DNA from: Patescibacteria group bacterium
GTDB taxonomy: Bacteria; Patescibacteriota; Minisyncoccia; Phycocordibacterales; Zambryskibacteraceae
DNA: 44,752 nucleotides
Direction: 5' to 3'
Assembly (NCBI GenBank): GCA_038058485.1
Contig: JBBUBA010000012.1
Coordinates: 1-44,752 of the forward strand
Below are positions 42,577 to 44,752 of this stretch, one piece after another. The notes under the pieces were generated by a model. That model did not search any database. It was not told the origin of the DNA and was given only the letters and a program-made list of their open reading frames with translations. Positions within the stretch are counted from its first letter, which is position 1. Each line of letters starts with the position of its first letter. The position numbers and the translations under genes were made by a program.

Positions 42577-44643
42577 ATGAATAGACAAATTCTTAAGAAC
42601 ACAATTCTAGTCGGTATATTTACCATCCCTTTTGTTCCATTTCTAGTTTCAGGCTCGCTTTTTTTCCCATTCATCACCACTAAAGCTTTTGCCTGGAGAT
42701 TTATAGTTGAAATTGTCTTTGCTGTTTGGGTCGTTTTGGCACTCTTAGCTCCAGAATTTCGGCTAAGACGCTCGCCGATTCTTTATGCGGTGTTAGTCTT
42801 CCTTCTTATAGTAGGTTTGGCCGATCTCTTCGGTGTGGAGCCCATGAAAAGTTTCTGGTCGAATTTCGAGCGCATGGAGGGTTTTGTAACAATGCTCCAT
42901 CTCGGGGCGCTTTCCATAGTGATGGGATCTGTTCTCAGAGAAAGGGAGTGGAATTGGTGGTGGAATACAACTTTAGTGGCTTCAGCAGTCATGGTCCTCT
43001 ACTCCCTTTTGCAACTATCAGGTTCTCCTAGTTTCCCCATACACCAAGGTGGAGTGAGAGTCGATGGTACTATTGGCAACGCTTCATACCTCGCCCTATA
43101 TTTCCTGATACACATCTTTGTTGCCATTTTCTATTTTGTGAAAAGTCGTACATCAGCCTTGAGATGGACTTATGGGACACTTATATTGGGTCAGGTTTTC
43201 ATCCTCTACCACACGGCCACTAGAGGAGCCATTCTCGGTTTGATTGGGGGGCTTATCCTAGTTGCTTTGCTAGGTTTGATTAACAAACAGGATCGGAAGG
43301 TGAGAAAAATTAGTATCTGTTTTTTGATTGGTCTTGCAATTTTTATTACTGGATTTTTGGCTATTAGGAACACCTCTCTTGTAAAGAATAGCCAGGTACT
43401 CAATCGTTTTTCTACTCTCTCACCTTCTTTGTGGAAAACTGAAGGTCGTGCCTTTATCTGGCCGATGGCCTTGAAAGGCATTGGGGAGAGACCTTTGCTT
43501 GGTTGGGGACAGGATAATTTCAATTATGTTTTTGCCGAACACTATTCTGCCAAAATGTATAATCTGGAACCTTGGTTTGATCGCGCCCACAACATCTTTC
43601 TTGACTGGGCAGTGGCTGCGGGGATATTGGGTCTTGGCGCCTACCTCTCTTTATATGGAGTATTACTCTGGACTATTTGGAAGAGAGAAAGTCTTCTTTC
43701 TCACATGGAACGCTCTGTTCTAACCGGTCTCATTGTTGCGTATTTCTTCAATAATATATTTGTTTTTGATAATCTTGTCAGTTACGTTTTGTTCTTCTCC
43801 TTGTTCTCGTACATGCATAGTAAGATTGTCAAAGATGTGACAATTCCAGTTAAGATTATTTCAGAAAAAATTGTGATCGCCACATCCATTGGAATAGCCC
43901 TGTTACTAATTGTGGTTATCTACTTTGTAAACGTCAAACCTTTGATTGCGAATACTAACCTCATCATGGCACTTCAGACTGTGCAATCATCTGGTAGCAA
44001 AGCTACGGCAATTGGATATTTCGAAAAAGCTTACGCCTCCTCACGTTTGGGTCGGCCTGAAGTGGTTGAGTGGGTGTCCTCTTCGGCTCCAACGATACTT
44101 TCTGACGAAACAATTCCTATGGACAAAAGGAATGCTTACTTTGAGTTTGCAAAAAACAGTTTAGAAGTGATAACTAAGGAATTATCTGGAGACCCTCGAT
44201 ACGAGCTTGTTGCGGGGTCCTTCTACTCAAGTGTGGGGGGCAAGGCTGATGCGCTCAGACACTTTGAGGAAGCAAAAAAACTAATGCGAGAGAAGCAGTT
44301 AGTCTACTTCAACCTTGGACAGATGGCTCTAATTGACAATAATTTCCCAGAAGCTCTCTCTCAGTTTAAAACGGCTTACGATTTAGCTCCTGGATACGAT
44401 GACGCCAAGATGGCATACCTTGTTGGAGCAATTTATGCCCGAGACAGTAATCTTGTAATCAAACTTTTATCGGAAATTAATCCTGCTACTCTGATTTCTG
44501 ACCCTCGCGCTTTATCTGCACTCTATCAAACAGGGCAGAAGCCTTTCTTACTAACTCTCCTAAGAGATTTGGTAATAAAAGTTCCTCAACAAAAAGATGT
44601 GATCGAAGCAAACATCAAACAAATTGAAAGCGGAGGTGTCTAA
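42577..44643 (+). CDS. O-antigen ligase/polymerase-like (Wzy_C) polytopic membrane protein fused to C-terminal TPR repeats
   Basis: About 12 TM helices. GWGQDNF...RAHNIFLDWAVAAGILG is typical of the Wzy_C family. The ~200-aa C-terminal region has TPR-like repeats. TAGGAT (42565-42570) plus 6 nt lies before the ATG. Confidence 0.8.
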   Translation: MNRQILKNTILVGIFTIPFVPFLVSGSLFFPFITTKAFAWRFIVEIVFAVWVVLALLAPEFRLRRSPILYAVLVFLLIVGLADLFGVEPMKSFWSNFERMEGFVTMLHLGALSIVMGSVLREREWNWWWNTTLVASAVMVLYSLLQLSGSPSFPIHQGGVRVDGTIGNASYLALYFLIHIFVAIFYFVKSRTSALRWTYGTLILGQVFILYHTATRGAILGLIGGLILVALLGLINKQDRKVRKISICFLIGLAIFITGFLAIRNTSLVKNSQVLNRFSTLSPSLWKTEGRAFIWPMALKGIGERPLLGWGQDNFNYVFAEHYSAKMYNLEPWFDRAHNIFLDWAVAAGILGLGAYLSLYGVLLWTIWKRESLLSHMERSVLTGLIVAYFFNNIFVFDNLVSYVLFFSLFSYMHSKIVKDVTIPVKIISEKIVIATSIGIALLLIVVIYFVNVKPLIANTNLIMALQTVQSSGSKATAIGYFEKAYASSRLGRPEVVEWVSSSAPTILSDETIPMDKRNAYFEFAKNSLEVITKELSGDPRYELVAGSFYSSVGGKADALRHFEEAKKLMREKQLVYFNLGQMALIDNNFPEALSQFKTAYDLAPGYDDAKMAYLVGAIYARDSNLVIKLLSEINPATLISDPRALSALYQTGQKPFLLTLLRDLVIKVPQQKDVIEANIKQIESGGV

Positions 44644-44752
44644 AAGTTTTATTAGAAAGTTATCCACACTTTCTGCAACAACACTATTGTATGTGTGGTG
44701 AGTAAGGAACATAATAAATACAAGTCGCGCGTAGGAGATCTTCGAAATATTT

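Noticed and set aside
1-44752. Alternative genetic code (UGA recoding, as in some CPR lineages)
   Set aside because: Conserved genes (murD, asnB, pseB/C, hisH/F, ABC exporter) are full length under the standard code, and several end in TGA at the expected positions, often in ATGA overlaps.
1-44752. CRISPR arrays, transposases, integrases, prophage or toxin-antitoxin pairs
   Set aside because: No regularly spaced direct repeats, and no recombinase, transposase or phage structural motifs were seen in any long ORF. The only mobile element supported is the rRNA intron with its homing endonuclease.

Overview
This is an AT-rich (roughly 40% GC) bacterial contig. Its content looks like a Candidate Phyla Radiation / Patescibacteria (Parcubacteria-like) genome; that assignment is inference from gene content and the rRNA intron. 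The window opens inside the 3' end of a 16S rRNA gene. That gene is split by a ~0.9 kb intron carrying a LAGLIDADG homing endonuclease. Its 3' tail has no CCUCC anti-Shine-Dalgarno sequence, and no 23S gene follows.

Next come a secreted Ig-repeat protein, two membrane proteins, two promoter-plus-terminator-bounded candidate small RNAs of unknown class, and a tRNA-Ile(GAU). After these are a membrane-anchored glycosidase-like protein, murD, and a tiny GC-rich ORF.

From 7.9 kb to the end, about 37 kb is essentially one surface-glycan locus:
- a TraD/VirD4-like ATPase translationally coupled to six GT4-type glycosyltransferases and an AsnB-type amidotransferase;
- a GC-rich module with two radical-SAM enzymes flanking an SDR, a GT9 heptosyltransferase-like gene and a GT8-like gene;
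- KpsF, an MsbA-like ABC exporter and a KpsS-like transferase;
- a pseudaminic-acid-type nonulosonic acid pathway (PseB, PseC, cytidylyltransferase, NeuB/PseI homologue) with non-canonical tailoring genes (formyltransferase, ATP-grasp, NUDIX, PIG-L deacetylase, reductase, methyltransferases);
- a HisH/HisF/WbuX acetamidino module;
- a Wzy_C-TPR membrane protein.

The most unusual points are these. Translation initiation appears SD-independent: native genes are leaderless (TAnnAT-N6-8-ATG) or joined by ATGA overlaps. Three GC-rich, apparently foreign cassettes nevertheless carry canonical SD sites. The radical-SAM pair embedded in a sugar pathway is the best candidate here for undescribed chemistry. 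No CRISPR array, transposase or integrase was seen.
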